Assembly: GCF_009914755.1 (NCBI RefSeq)
Contig: NC_060946.1
Strand: one strand, 5' to 3'
Source of the DNA: the human T2T-CHM13v2.0 reference genome, Homo sapiens
DNA: 64,000 bases
Positions 32,601 through 45,800 of the stretch are shown here, one piece after another. The notes under the pieces are model-generated. The model searched no databases. It was not told the origin of the DNA and saw only the letters and a program-made list of their open reading frames with translations. The position numbers and the translations under genes were made by a program. Numbering within the stretch: the first letter of the stretch is position 1; the number at the start of each line of letters is the position of its first letter.

Positions 32601-32956
32601 CTGGGTGATGGCAGTAAGAACATGTGGTATATTATTGATGAACGTGGGGACTCTGAGGAGTCCTCAGAGGAGGACACGGCAGAGCCCAATGGCTTCATTG
32701 ATTGCCCATCACGGTGAGGACAGGGAAATGGGAGCTTGTGGGATTCTGGTGATGACAGAGGTGAGTGTGGTGAAGCCCTAGGGGATGGTGAATGGTAGTT
32801 CCGGATCCCTGGTGAGGAGCTTCCCCTTAAGCCTGAGTTTCTGAGAGGGGAGAGGGAGAAGCTGGGTGAGGCTCGCATGGACCTTGGGGTGTCCGTGCTG
32901 GGGGACCGTTCATAAGAAGAGCCAGACAAGACCCTACTGTTCTTAGGTGCAGACAT
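29684..32956 (-). CDS. Same protein, 1090-aa allele (copy 5)
   Basis: ORF track. G5 at 30246-30250 keeps the repeat frame, and C2 at 29832-29833 bypasses the TAA used by the 1044-aa allele. Confidence 0.65.
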   Translation of the reverse strand: MSAPKNSRVLSGSSYERSPSTDTPRSMRASPSFSLSPLRNSGLRGSSSPGIRNYHSPSPRASPHSPLSSPESHKLPFPCPHRDGQSMKPLGSAVSSSEDSSESPRSSIIYHMFLLPSPSSSPPALGGSPVSPSYSPNNPRFQLESAPHTQESPTNSRASRCSTPVSCISSPPGLRDPPVAPSYSPAIPRFLRESAPCTQESPRDSQVSGEYERSPSPDSSRFMPASPSFSLSPPRNSDPRGSSSPGMWKSSTSSRRASPLSHPSSTEFHNFTFPFPNQAGQSLMSLCSPVSSSGDSSQSPHSSIMYHMFLLPSSSSSPPATHDSPVCPSYSPTTPRFQRESVPHTPETPTNSQTSVRSSPVSLTSSPPALTDPPVCPSYSPTTPTFQRGSVPGTLGSPPSPPLSLSYSPVSSTSLSPTLRDSPVCPSYSPSTPTLQRESVAGTQKSPPNSPISLRYSPVSLMSSPSLRDSPVCPSYSPTTPTFQLESVPGTPESPPNSPISLSYSSVSSTSLSPTLRDSPVCPSYSPSTPTLQRESVAGTQKSPPNSPISLRYSPVSLMSSPSLRDSPVCPSYSPTTPTFQQESVPGTPESPPNSPISLSYSSVSSTSLSPTLRDSPVCPSYSPTRPTFQLESVPGTQESPPNSPISLNYSPVSLMSSPVLRDSPVCPSYSPTTPTFQLESVPGTPESPPNSPVSLSYSPVSLMSSPPALRDSPVCPSYSPTMPRFQRGSVPGTQVSPTNSAISLSYSPVSLTSSPPAPWDSPVCPTYSPTTPRFQRESASHTPESPTDSQTSLRSSLVCLRSLPSAHRDSCVSFSYSQNFSRFQLESVPGTHDTPPNSRISLTYSPVSLMFSPPALRDSSVSLSYSPTISRFHLESASRTQESPTNSRTLLQPSPISFTSSPPAFRDSPGSPSFSPAFPRFLPQSAPGTQDNPRHSQASRDYLPMTCTYTGMAPTHPSVTPNPSPLTLRHSQGLTATPRYRPSVRSPGQSTSPHDAVTWPFLHGSREGPTPRRTRTPPAFRPHTQVCPSTCYCHTLASRRGPCNGRYHHPVYPHPTAVQREPPAGPRGCHSPCWHDAPAGRRPCGPHYR

Positions 32957-35900
32957 GATTAGGAAACCTGCAGCTCCCAGGGGCCCCCACTAATGTTCTA
33001 ACTCGCAGAAGGAAGGAGTGTGTGTGCGTGAGTGCGTGTGCGTGTGTGTGTGTGTGTGTTTGTGTGTGTGCGGTGTGAGGTATGGGCCCCTTAAGGAAAT
33101 GGAAATCAACCAACCAATGGGACAGACAGACAGACAGACAGACAGAGATTCACTTGCCCAAGTGTTCTGTCCTGTCCTCTGAATCCGCTTTCAAGTCGCA
33201 AGACGCTGTGAGCTCCAAGTCCACGCAGAGTCCGCCAAACGCTCCGGCCGCTGATCCGCTCCGCGAAGATCTGAGTACAGGCCAGCCAGGGTGGGTTTAA
33301 ATAGCCTCGGGCGCAGCCTAGCAGCGGAAAGGGCGGAGCTTCACTCCTCCTTTCCATCAGTCACCCCCAACTTTCCCAGGCTACACCTCGTAGGAAACTG
33401 TTCTCCTGCTTTGATTTCATGCGCCACCTTTGGGACAATCTAAGAACTTACAGGTTTTCTTGGCCAGATTTATTAGGAATTGTATGCACTGAAACACTGA
33501 AAACCAACTAGTGGTTCTGTGCTTCCCACGTTGTGGTTTTGACACCAGCAGCATCCTTGCCACAATCAAACCCCGGAGATCCGCAGATCTGTGTTGTAAC
33601 AAGACCTCCCCCTGACCCTGATGCATGGCAGTTGAAGAAGTCTTTCCGTGTAAGCGAAAAGACTTTGAAGAAAAGGTGGAGATATGCGTAGTATAAACAT
33701 TCTTTGGCTCTGGAACCACGTAGAGACTTGGGAGCCAGTTGGGTGGAGCATTCGTTGGATGAGGGTGCTCGGGTTAGGAATATCAAGGTGTGGCTCCAGA
33801 TAATGCAATCATCTAATTAAGATTCCAGTTATGCTCATCTGTTTTAAAATTCCGTTTGGGTAAATTCTTTTAGTCAGACTGAGAATGGCAAAGCCTCAAC
33901 CCCAATTTCCAGGGAGGGTGGAGAGCCTCAGGTGGAGTTGATCACCAATAGCCTATGGTTTAACCCATCATGCCTATAGAATGAGGTCTCCATCAAAACC
34001 CAAAAGGACTGGGTTCAGAGAGCTTCTGGATAACACTTCCTGGAAGGTAGTGCACCCCTCCCCGCATGCCGGGCCCCACATTTATTTCTGAACTTTGTGC
34101 AATGTCCGCTAAAATACAACGGCAAATGTAAGTGTTTCCCTGCGTGCTGTGAGCTCTTCCAGCAAATGAATGCAACTAAATCTGGGAGTGGTGGCAACCT
34201 GATTTATAGCCAGTTGCTGAGAAGCACAGGTAAAACAACGTAGGGCTTCCCATTGTTATTGGTGTGGGAGGCCTGTCTGGCGGGACTCGGCCCTTTGGAA
34301 TCTAATGCTATGTCCCGGTAGATAGCGTCACCATTGAATTAGAAGACACACATATGTGGAGAATAATCTTTCTGGTCATTTACTGCATGTCATATTTACA
34401 ATATGTAATCAAATTCTTTATCCTGACCTTATGGCACCTGGGTTTAGGACCATGATTTGAACCAAACGTTGGTCTGTCACTTTCTGAGTTTGAAACTTTA
34501 TTTTGCCTTTAGCGTTTTGCTATTGCTTTTTCGTTTTCTTTTGTTTCGTTTCGTTTCTAAGTTCTGGGGTATATGTGCAGGATGTGCAGATTTGTTACTA
34601 AGGTAAACGTGTGCCATGGTGGTTTGCTGCACCTGTCAACCCGTCACCTAGGTATTAAGCCCAGCATGCAGTAGCTGTTTTTCTTAACGCTCTGCCTCCC
34701 GAAAGGCCCCAGTGTGTGTTGTTCCCCTTCCTGTGTCCATGGGATCTCACTTTTCAGCTCCCATTATAAGTGAGAAGGTGGCGTTTGGTTTTCTTTCCCT
34801 GGATTAGTTTGCTGACGATAATGACCACACATCACCACTGTTTTTGTTTTTTAGTATAAAGAGTAGTATTTTATTGAATAAGATTTGCTCACAGAAAAAT
34901 AAGCTTAAATCTACAATGAATGCCAGACCCTACAGCAGAAAGCAATTTTCTCACTTTTCCACACACAATGGTTCCTACTAAGTGAAAAAAAAGCCATAAA
35001 ATTTCATTCACAAATGTACTACTCTGTCTCAAAACATCTCACGTAATCATGCACTGTACTAAAGCCATCAGATCAGTTCTTCAGTCAGGTTAAAGAAGTA
35101 TCCCTCTAATAACTGACTTTTATAATGCTATCAATATCCACTCCCAATCAGTCTGCCATTGTTAATGGTGTACAGCATTACTGAATACAACGGAATTGAT
35201 GACGCCCATATCCACAGACAAACCGTGACTTATGATGGTTTGACTTATGATTTTCCAACGTTATGATGGGTTTATTGGAATATTAGATTCGTTTCTGAGT
35301 TACACTGGGTTTATGAGTATGTGACCCTACACTCCAGAAACAGCTGTATAAGGAAAAACAGGAGTACCTAATAAAAATATGCTTAGTGACTTGGGATAAA
35401 CCAATAGATGTTCACAAGTGATGGAGAGCCGTGAAAGAGAGATAGCGGTAAATAGTTACAATAACACAATTTTCCTGCACCTGTCGAGGATTTCCCCCAA
35501 AAAACGCAGAATGTGGGATGCACCTAAGGCATATGAAAGAGAGAGGGCAGAAGGAGTAGGAGAGAAATAGGAGGAAGGAAGGAAGGAAGGAAGCAAGGAA
35601 GAAAGGAAGGAAGGAAAGAAGGAAGGAAGGACGGAAGGAAGGAAGGAAGGAAGGAAGGAAGGAAGGAAGGAAAGAAGGATGAAAGGAAGGAGAAAACTCC
35701 GGTGTTACTAAAACCCCCCAAAAAATGGTTTCCCCCTGTGGGTAAGCCTACAATGTGGATGAATCTTGAAAATATTGTGCTACGTGTTATGTCAGTCATA
35801 GCAGCTCACCTATTGTGCAATTCCGTTTATAGGAAATGTCCACAATATGGAAATCTATGCATATGGGATTGATCGCACTAGGTAGTTGCTACCTAGGTCT

Positions 35901-36288
35901 GAGGGTCAGGGAGAGGGTTTGAGACAGAATGAGGAGTGACTAATGTCTACAGGGTCTTTCTCTGGTCGGGGGTGATAAGACGTTTTACAATGGATTGCGA
36001 ATTAAAATTGAATGTGCACAACCACAGGTATACTAAAAGCCACTCAATTCATGACCTTTAATGGGGGAATCTTACGTGGCGTAGTCTCATGGAGACCACG
36101 GCAGACATAGTGAGAGAGAAAAAGGTGAGTAAATATCTGAAACGGAGGCAGAAACAGAGAGAATGAAAAGCCCTGTGAATGGAAGGGAGAGCGAAAAGGG
36201 AAAATGGTCCTATTTACAAATGACAGATGGGAAACTGGGGTTCACATCAACAGTGTCACTGCCAGGAAGGAGGGTCATGCTAGCCATG

Positions 36289-39200
36289 TCACCGGTAGTG
36301 TGGCCCGCAGGGACGCCGACCTGCTGGAGCGTCGTGCCAGCATGGGCTGTGGCAACCACGTGGGCCAGCAGGAGGTTCCCGCTGCACAGCTGTGGGGTGA
36401 GGATAGACTGGGTGGTGATATCGGCCATTACAGGGGCCTCTTCTGCTGGCAAGAGTGTGACAGTAGCAAGTAGATGGACAGACCTGCGTGTGAGGACGGA
36501 ATGCAGGAGGGGTTCTTGTGCGCCTGGGTGTGGGGCCCTCACGGGAACCGTGGAGAAATGGCCAGGTAACTGCGTCATGTGGGCTAGTAGATTGGCCAGG
36601 GCTTCGAACTGAAGGACGATAACGGGGAGTAGCTGTCAGGCCCTGGGAGTGCCTGAGTGTAAGTGGAGATGGGTTTGGGGTCACTGAGGGATGCGTGGGA
36701 GCCATCCCTGTATAGGTACAGGTCATAGGGAGATAGTCTCGTGAGGCCTGTGAGTGTCTAGGGTTGTCCTGGGTGCCTGGGGCTGACTGTGGCAGAAATC
36801 TGGGGAAGGCTGGAGAGAAGCTGGGAGACCCAGGAGAGTCCCTGAAGGCAGGGGGTGAAGAGGTGAAAGAAATGGGGGAGGGTTGCAGTAAGGTCCGTGA
36901 GTTTGTAGGTGATTCCTGGGTGCGGGAAGCTGACTCCAGGTGAAATCTGGAGATGGTTGGAGAGTAGCTGAGAGAGACAGAAGAGTCCCTGAGGGCTGGG
37001 GGTGAGAACATGAGGGAGACGGGGGAGTAAGTCAGTGAAATTCGTGAGTTCGGTGGTGTATCGTGGGTGCCTGGAACTGACTCCAGCTGGAATCTAGAGA
37101 AGTTTTGAGAGTAGCTGAAGGAGACACAAGAGTCCCTGTGGGCTGAGGGCAAAGACCTGAGACAGACCAGGGAGGACCTCAGTGAAGTCTGTGAGTCTGT
37201 AGGTGATTCCGGAGTGTGGGAGGCTGACTCCCGCTGAAATCTGGGCGTGGTGGGAGAGTAGGTGGGACAGACAGGAGAGTCCCAGGGGGCTGGGGGTGAC
37301 GACGTGAGAGAGACTGGGGAGTAACTCAGTGAAATTGCTGAGTTGGTTGGTGATACCTGGGTGCCTGGAACTGACCCCCGCTGAAATCTGGGCATGGTTG
37401 GAGAGTAGCTGGGACACACAGGAGAGTCCCTGAGGGCTGGGGGTGAAGACATGAGCGAGACCGGGGAGTAACTGAGTGAAACTGGTGAGTTTGGTGGTGA
37501 CTCCGGGGTGCCTGGAACTGACTCCAGCTGAAATGTGGGCGTGGTTGGAGAGTAGCTGGGACAGACAGGAGAGTCCCTGAGGACTGGTGAAGACATGAGA
37601 GAGACTGGAGAGTAATTGAGTGAAATTGGTGAGTTTGGTGGTGATTCCTGGGTGCCTGGAACTGACTCCAGCTGAAATGTGGGCCTGGTTGGAGAGTAGC
37701 TGGGACACACAGGAGAGTCCCTGAGGGTTGGAGATAAAGACGTGCTAGAGACTGAGGAGTAACTGAGTGAAATTGGTGAGTTTGGTGGTGATTCCGGGGT
37801 GCCTGGAACGGACTCCTGCTGAAATGTGGGCGTGGTTGGAGAGTAGCTGGGACAGACGGGAGAGTCCCTGAGGGATGGTGAAGACATGAGAGAGACTGGG
37901 GAGTAACGCAGTGAAATTGGTGAGTTTGGTGGTGATTTCTGGGTGCCTGCAACGGACTCCCGCTGAAGTGTGGGCGTGCTTGGAGAGTAGCTGGGACAGA
38001 CAGGCGAGTCCCTGAGGGTTGGAGATAAAGACGTGCTAGAGACTGAGGAGTAACTGAGTGAAATTGGTGAGTTTGGTGGTGATTCCGGGGTGCCTGGAAC
38101 GGACTCCAGCTGAAATGTGGGCGTGGTTGGAGAGTAGCTGGGACAGACGGGAGAGTCCCTGAGGGATGGTGAAGACATGAGAGAGACTGGGGAGTAACGC
38201 AGTGAAATTGGTGAGTTTGGTGGTGATTTCTGGGTGCCTGCAACGGACTCCCGCTGAAGTGTGGGCGTGCTTGGAGAGTAGCTGGGACAGACAGGCGAGT
38301 CCCTGAGGGTTGGAGATAAAGACGTGCTGGAGACTGGGGAGTAACTCAGTGAAAGTGGTGGGCTTGGTGGTGATCCCAGGGTTCCTGGAACTGACCCGCG
38401 CTGAAATGTGGGCGTGGTTGGAGAGTAGCTGGGACAGACTGGAGGGTCCGTAAGGGCTGGGGGTGAAGACGTGAGAGAGACTGGCGAGGATCTCACTGAG
38501 GTCTGTGAGTTTGTAGGTGTTTCTGGGGTGTGGGGTACAGACTCCCGCTGAAATCTGGGCGTAGTTGGAGAGTAGCTGGGACAGACAGGAGAGTCATGGG
38601 TGGCTGGGGGTGAGCTGCTGGATGATGGCAGTAAGAACATATGGTACATTATTGATGAATGAGGTGACTGTGAAGAATCTCCAGAGGAGGACACGGGAGA
38701 ACACAATGACATGAGTGACTGTCCTGCTTGGTTAGGAAAGGGAAACGTAAAGTTGTGGAATTCTGTTGATGATGGATGTGAGAGTGGTGAAGCCCTGCGG
38801 GATGATGTAGAGGACTTCCACATCCCTGGTGAGGAGCTGCCCCTTGGGTCTGAGTTTCTGGGAGGGGAGAGGGAGAAGCTGGGTGAGGCAGGCATGAATC
38901 TTGAGGAGTCAGGGCTGGGGGACCGCTCATATTCTCCCGAGACCTGTGAGTCTCTGGGGGACTCCTGGGTGCATGGGGCTGACTCCCGCAGGAACCTGGG
39001 GATGGCTGGAGAGTAACTGGGAGCCACAGGAGGGTCCCTGAGGCCTGGGGGTGAAGAGATGCAAGACACAGGGGTGGAGCAGCGTGAGGCTCGTGAGTTT
39101 GTAGGTGATTCCTGGGTGTGGGGGGCTGACTCCAGCTGAAATCTGGGGTTGTTTGGAGAGTAGCTGGGAGACACAGGAGAACCCCCGAGAGCTGGGGGTG

Positions 39201-39561
39201 AGCTGCTGGGTGATGGCAGTAAGAACATGTGGTATATTATTGATGAACGTGGGGACTCTGAGGAGTCCTCAGAGGAGGACACGGCAGAGCCCAATGGCTT
39301 CATTGATTGCCCATCACGGTGAGGACAGGGAAATGGGAGCTTGTGGGATTCTGGTGATGACAGAGGTGAGTGTGGTGAAGCCCTAGGGGATGGTGAATGG
39401 TAGTTCCGGATCCCTGGTGAGGAGCTTCCCCTTAAGCCTGAGTTTCTGAGAGGGGAGAGGGAGAAGCTGGGTGAGGCTCGCATGGACCTTGGGGTGTCCG
39501 TGCTGGGGGACCGTTCATAAGAAGAGCCAGACAAGACCCTACTGTTCTTAGGTGCAGACAT
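36289..39561 (-). CDS. Same protein, 1090-aa allele (copy 6)
   Basis: ORF track; G5/C2 allele. Confidence 0.65.
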   Translation of the reverse strand: MSAPKNSRVLSGSSYERSPSTDTPRSMRASPSFSLSPLRNSGLRGSSSPGIRNYHSPSPRASPHSPLSSPESHKLPFPCPHRDGQSMKPLGSAVSSSEDSSESPRSSIIYHMFLLPSPSSSPPALGGSPVSPSYSPNNPRFQLESAPHTQESPTNSRASRCSTPVSCISSPPGLRDPPVAPSYSPAIPRFLRESAPCTQESPRDSQVSGEYERSPSPDSSRFMPASPSFSLSPPRNSDPRGSSSPGMWKSSTSSRRASPLSHPSSTEFHNFTFPFPNQAGQSLMSLCSPVSSSGDSSQSPHSSIMYHMFLLPSSSSSPPATHDSPVCPSYSPTTPRFQRESVPHTPETPTNSQTSVRSSPVSLTSSPPALTDPPVCPSYSPTTPTFQRGSVPGTLGSPPSPPLSLSYSPVSSTSLSPTLRDSPVCPSYSPSTPTLQRESVAGTQKSPPNSPISLRYSPVSLMSSPSLRDSPVCPSYSPTTPTFQLESVPGTPESPPNSPISLSYSSVSSTSLSPTLRDSPVCPSYSPSTPTLQRESVAGTQKSPPNSPISLRYSPVSLMSSPSLRDSPVCPSYSPTTPTFQQESVPGTPESPPNSPISLSYSSVSSTSLSPTLRDSPVCPSYSPTRPTFQLESVPGTQESPPNSPISLNYSPVSLMSSPVLRDSPVCPSYSPTTPTFQLESVPGTPESPPNSPVSLSYSPVSLMSSPPALRDSPVCPSYSPTMPRFQRGSVPGTQVSPTNSAISLSYSPVSLTSSPPAPWDSPVCPTYSPTTPRFQRESASHTPESPTDSQTSLRSSLVCLRSLPSAHRDSCVSFSYSQNFSRFQLESVPGTHDTPPNSRISLTYSPVSLMFSPPALRDSSVSLSYSPTISRFHLESASRTQESPTNSRTLLQPSPISFTSSPPAFRDSPGSPSFSPAFPRFLPQSAPGTQDNPRHSQASRDYLPMTCTYTGMAPTHPSVTPNPSPLTLRHSQGLTATPRYRPSVRSPGQSTSPHDAVTWPFLHGSREGPTPRRTRTPPAFRPHTQVCPSTCYCHTLASRRGPCNGRYHHPVYPHPTAVQREPPAGPRGCHSPCWHDAPAGRRPCGPHYR

Positions 39562-42500
39562 GATTAGGAAACCTGCAGCTCCCAGGGGCCCCCACTAATG
39601 TTCTAACTCGCAGAAGGAAGGAGTGTGTGTGCGTGAGTGCGTGTGCGTGTGTGTGTGTGTGTGTTTGTGTGTGTGCGGTGTGAGGTATGGGCCCCTTAAG
39701 GAAATGGAAATCAACCAACCAATGGGACAGACAGACAGACAGACAGACAGAGATTCACTTGCCCAAGTGTTCTGTCCTGTCCTCTGAATCCGCTTTCAAG
39801 TCGCAAGACGCTGTGAGCTCCAAGTCCACGCAGAGTCCGCCAAACGCTCCGGCCGCTGATCCGCTCCGCGAAGATCTGAGTACAGGCCAGCCAGGGTGGG
39901 TTTAAATAGCCTCGGGCGCAGCCTAGCAGCGGAAAGGGCGGAGCTTCACTCCTCCTTTCCATCAGTCACCCCCAACTTTCCCAGGCTACACCTCGTAGGA
40001 AACTGTTCTCCTGCTTTGATTTCATGCGCCACCTTTGGGACAATCTAAGAACTTACAGGTTTTCTTGGCCAGATTTATTAGGAATTGTATGCACTGAAAC
40101 ACTGAAAACCAACTAGTGGTTCTGTGCTTCCCACGTTGTGGTTTTGACACCAGCAGCATCCTTGCCACAATCAAACCCCGGAGATCCGCAGATCTGTGTT
40201 GTAACAAGACCTCCCCCTGACCCTGATGCATGGCAGTTGAAGAAGTCTTTCCGTGTAAGCGAAAAGACTTTGAAGAAAAGGTGGAGATATGCGTAGTATA
40301 AACATTCTTTGGCTCTGGAACCACGTAGAGACTTGGGAGCCAGTTGGGTGGAGCATTCGTTGGATGAGGGTGCTCGGGTTAGGAATATCAAGGTGTGGCT
40401 CCAGATAATGCAATCATCTAATTAAGATTCCAGTTATGCTCATCTGTTTTAAAATTCCGTTTGGGTAAATTCTTTTAGTCAGACTGAGAATGGCAAAGCC
40501 TCAACCCCAATTTCCAGGGAGGGTGGAGAGCCTCAGGTGGAGTTGATCACCAATAGCCTATGGTTTAACCCATCATGCCTATAGAATGAGGTCTCCATCA
40601 AAACCCAAAAGGACTGGGTTCAGAGAGCTTCTGGATAACACTTCCTGGAAGGTAGTGCACCCCTCCCCGCATGCCGGGCCCCACATTTATTTCTGAACTT
40701 TGTGCAATGTCCGCTAAAATACAACGGCAAATGTAAGTGTTTCCCTGCGTGCTGTGAGCTCTTCCAGCAAATGAATGCAACTAAATCTGGGAGTGGTGGC
40801 AACCTGATTTATAGCCAGTTGCTGAGAAGCACAGGTAAAACAACGTAGGGCTTCCCATTGTTATTGGTGTGGGAGGCCTGTCTGGCGGGACTCGGCCCTT
40901 TGGAATCTAATGCTATGTCCCGGTAGATAGCGTCACCATTGAATTAGAAGACACACATATGTGGAGAATAATCTTTCTGGTCATTTACTGCATGTCATAT
41001 TTACAATATGTAATCAAATTCTTTATCCTGACCTTATGGCACCTGGGTTTAGGACCATGATTTGAACCAAACGTTGGTCTGTCACTTTCTGAGTTTGAAA
41101 CTTTATTTTGCCTTTAGCGTTTTGCTATTGCTTTTTCGTTTTCTTTTGTTTCGTTTCGTTTCTAAGTTCTGGGGTATATGTGCAGGATGTGCAGATTTGT
41201 TACTAAGGTAAACGTGTGCCATGGTGGTTTGCTGCACCTGTCAACCCGTCACCTAGGTATTAAGCCCAGCATGCAGTAGCTGTTTTTCTTAACGCTCTGC
41301 CTCCCGAAAGGCCCCAGTGTGTGTTGTTCCCCTTCCTGTGTCCATGGGATCTCACTTTTCAGCTCCCATTATAAGTGAGAAGGTGGCGTTTGGTTTTCTT
41401 TCCCTGGATTAGTTTGCTGACGATAATGACCACACATCACCACTGTTTTTGTTTTTTAGTATAAAGAGTAGTATTTTATTGAATAAGATTTGCTCACAGA
41501 AAAATAAGCTTAAATCTACAATGAATGCCAGACCCTACAGCAGAAAGCAATTTTCTCACTTTTCCACACACAATGGTTCCTACTAAGTGAAAAAAAAGCC
41601 ATAAAATTTCATTCACAAATGTACTACTCTGTCTCAAAACATCTCACGTAATCATGCACTGTACTAAAGCCATCAGATCAGTTCTTCAGTCAGGTTAAAG
41701 AAGTATCCCTCTAATAACTGACTTTTATAATGCTATCAATATCCACTCCCAATCAGTCTGCCATTGTTAATGGTGTACAGCATTACTGAATACAACGGAA
41801 TTGATGACGCCCATATCCACAGACAAACCGTGACTTATGATGGTTTGACTTATGATTTTCCAACGTTATGATGGGTTTATTGGAATATTAGATTCGTTTC
41901 TGAGTTACACTGGGTTTATGAGTATGTGACCCTACACTCCAGAAACAGCTGTATAAGGAAAAACAGGAGTACCTAATAAAAATATGCTTAGTGACTTGGG
42001 ATAAACCAATAGATGTTCACAAGTGATGGAGAGCCGTGAAAGAGAGATAGCGGTAAATAGTTACAATAACACAATTTTCCTGCACCTGTCGAGGATTTCC
42101 CCCAAAAAACGCAGAATGTGGGATGCACCTAAGGCATATGAAAGAGAGAGGGCAGAAGGAGTAGGAGAGAAATAGGAGGAAGGAAGGAAGGAAGGAAGCA
42201 AGGAAGAAAGGAAGGAAGGAAAGAAGGAAGGAAGGACGGAAGGAAGGAAGGAAGGAAGGAAGGAAGGAAGGAAGGAAGGAAAGAAGGATGAAAGGAAGGA
42301 GAAAACTCCGGTGTTACTAAAACCCCCCAAAAAATGGTTTCCCCCTGTGGGTAAGCCTACAATGTGGATGAATCTTGAAAATATTGTGCTACGTGTTATG
42401 TCAGTCATAGCAGCTCACCTATTGTGCAATTCCGTTTATAGGAAATGTCCACAATATGGAAATCTATGCATATGGGATTGATCGCACTAGGTAGTTGCTA

Positions 42501-42897
42501 CCTAGGTCTGAGGGTCAGGGAGAGGGTTTGAGACAGAATGAGGAGTGACTAATGTCTACAGGGTCTTTCTCTGGTCGGGGGTGATAAGACGTTTTACAAT
42601 GGATTGCGAATTAAAATTGAATGTGCACAACCACAGGTATACTAAAAGCCACTCAATTCATGACCTTTAATGGGGGAATCTTACGTGGCGTAGTCTCATG
42701 GAGACCACGGCAGACATAGTGAGAGAGAAAAAGGTGAGTAAATATCTGAAACGGAGGCAGAAACAGAGAGAATGAAAAGCCCTGTGAATGGAAGGGAGAG
42801 CGAAAAGGGAAAATGGTCCTATTTACAAATGACAGATGGGAAACTGGGGTTCACATCAACAGTGTCACTGCCAGGAAGGAGGGTCATGCTAGCCATG

Positions 42898-45800
42898 TCA
42901 CCGGTAGTGTGGCCCGCAGGGACGCCGACCTGCTGGAGCGTCGTGCCAGCATGGGCTGTGGCAACCACGTGGGCCAGCAGGAGGTTCCCGCTGCACAGCT
43001 GTGGGGTGAGGATAGACTGGGTGGTGATATCGGCCATTACAGGGGCCTCTTCTGCTGGCAAGAGTGTGACAGTAGCAAGTAGATGGACAGACCTGCGTGT
43101 GAGGACGGAATGCAGGAGGGGTTCTTGTGCGCCTGGGTGTGGGGCCCTCACGGGAACCGTGGAGAAATGGCCAGGTAACTGCGTCATGTGGGCTAGTAGA
43201 TTGGCCAGGGCTTCGAACTGAAGGACGATAACGGGGAGTAGCTGTCAGGCCCTGGGAGTGCCTGAGTGTAAGTGGAGATGGGTTTGGGGTCACTGAGGGA
43301 TGCGTGGGAGCCATCCCTGTATAGGTACAGGTCATAGGGAGATAGTCTCGTGAGGCCTGTGAGTGTCTAGGGTTGTCCTGGGTGCCTGGGGCTGACTGTG
43401 GCAGAAATCTGGGGAAGGCTGGAGAGAAGCTGGGAGACCCAGGAGAGTCCCTGAAGGCAGGGGGTGAAGAGGTGAAAGAAATGGGGGAGGGTTGCAGTAA
43501 GGTCCGTGAGTTTGTAGGTGATTCCTGGGTGCGGGAAGCTGACTCCAGGTGAAATCTGGAGATGGTTGGAGAGTAGCTGAGAGAGACAGAAGAGTCCCTG
43601 AGGGCTGGGGGTGAGAACATGAGGGAGACGGGGGAGTAAGTCAGTGAAATTCGTGAGTTCGGTGGTGTATCGTGGGTGCCTGGAACTGACTCCAGCTGGA
43701 ATCTAGAGAAGTTTTGAGAGTAGCTGAAGGAGACACAAGAGTCCCTGTGGGCTGAGGGCAAAGACCTGAGACAGACCAGGGAGGACCTCAGTGAAGTCTG
43801 TGAGTCTGTAGGTGATTCCGGAGTGTGGGAGGCTGACTCCCGCTGAAATCTGGGCGTGGTGGGAGAGTAGGTGGGACAGACAGGAGAGTCCCAGGGGGCT
43901 GGGGGTGACGACGTGAGAGAGACTGGGGAGTAACTCAGTGAAATTGCTGAGTTGGTTGGTGATACCTGGGTGCCTGGAACTGACCCCCGCTGAAATCTGG
44001 GCATGGTTGGAGAGTAGCTGGGACACACAGGAGAGTCCCTGAGGGCTGGGGGTGAAGACATGAGCGAGACCGGGGAGTAACTGAGTGAAACTGGTGAGTT
44101 TGGTGGTGACTCCGGGGTGCCTGGAACTGACTCCAGCTGAAATGTGGGCGTGGTTGGAGAGTAGCTGGGACAGACAGGAGAGTCCCTGAGGACTGGTGAA
44201 GACATGAGAGAGACTGGAGAGTAATTGAGTGAAATTGGTGAGTTTGGTGGTGATTCCTGGGTGCCTGGAACTGACTCCCGCTGAAGTGTGGGCGTGGTTG
44301 GAGAGTAGCTGGGACACACAGGAGAGTCCCTGAGGGTTGGAGATAAAGACGTGCTAGAGACTGAGGAGTAACTGAGTGAAATTGGTGAGTTTGGTGGTGA
44401 TTCCGGGGTGCCTGGAACGGACTCCTGCTGAAATGTGGGCGTGGTTGGAGAGTAGCTGGGACAGACGGGAGAGTCCCTGAGGGATGGTGAAGACATGAGA
44501 GAGACTGGGGAGTAACGCAGTGAAATTGGTGAGTTTGGTGGTGATTTCTGGGTGCCTGCAACGGACTCCCGCTGAAGTGTGGGCGTGCTTGGAGAGTAGC
44601 TGGGACAGACAGGCGAGTCCCTGAGGGTTGGAGATAAAGACGTGCTAGAGACTGAGGAGTAACTGAGTGAAATTGGTGAGTTTGGTGGTGATTCCGGGGT
44701 GCCTGGAACGGACTCCAGCTGAAATGTGGGCGTGGTTGGAGAGTAGCTGGGACAGACGGGAGAGTCCCTGAGGGATGGTGAAGACATGAGAGAGACTGGG
44801 GAGTAACGCAGTGAAATTGGTGAGTTTGGTGGTGATTTCTGGGTGCCTGCAACGGACTCCCGCTGAAGTGTGGGCGTGCTTGGAGAGTAGCTGGGACAGA
44901 CAGGCGAGTCCCTGAGGGTTGGAGATAAAGACGTGCTGGAGACTGGGGAGTAACTCAGTGAAAGTGGTGGGCTTGGTGGTGATCCCAGGGTTCCTGGAAC
45001 TGACCCGCGCTGAAATGTGGGCGTGGTTGGAGAGTAGCTGGGACAGACTGGAGGGTCCGTAAGGGCTGGGGGTGAAGACGTGAGAGAGACTGGCGAGGAT
45101 CTCACTGAGGTCTGTGAGTTTGTAGGTGTTTCTGGGGTGTGGGGTACAGACTCCCGCTGAAATCTGGGCGTAGTTGAAGAGTAGCTGGGACAGACAGGAG
45201 AGTCATGGGTGGCTGGGGGTGAGCTGCTGGATGATGGCAGTAAGAACATATGGTACATTATTGATGAATGAGGTGACTGTGAAGAATCTCCAGAGGAGGA
45301 CACGGGAGAACACAATGACATGAGTGACTGTCCTGCTTGGTTAGGAAAGGGAAACGTAAAGTTGTGGAATTCTGTTGATGATGGATGTGAGAGTGGTGAA
45401 GCCCTGCGGGATGATGTAGAGGACTTCCACATCCCTGGTGAGGAGCTGCCCCTTTGGTCTGAGTTTCTGGGAGGGGAGAGGGAGAAGCTGGGTGAGGCAG
45501 GCATGAATCTTGAGGAGTCAGGGCTGGGGGACCGCTCATATTCTCCCGAGACCTGTGAGTCTCTGGGGGACTCCTGGGTGCATGGGGCTGACTCCCGCAG
45601 GAACCTGGGGATGGCTGGAGAGTAACTGGGAGCCACAGGAGGGTCCCTGAGGCCTGGGGGTGAAGAGATGCAAGACACAGGGGTGGAGCAGCGTGAGGCT
45701 CGTGAGTTTGTAGGTGATTCCTGGGTGTGGGGGGCTGACTCCAGCTGAAATCTGGGGTTGTTTGGAGAGTAGCTGGGAGACACAGGAGACCCCCCGAGAG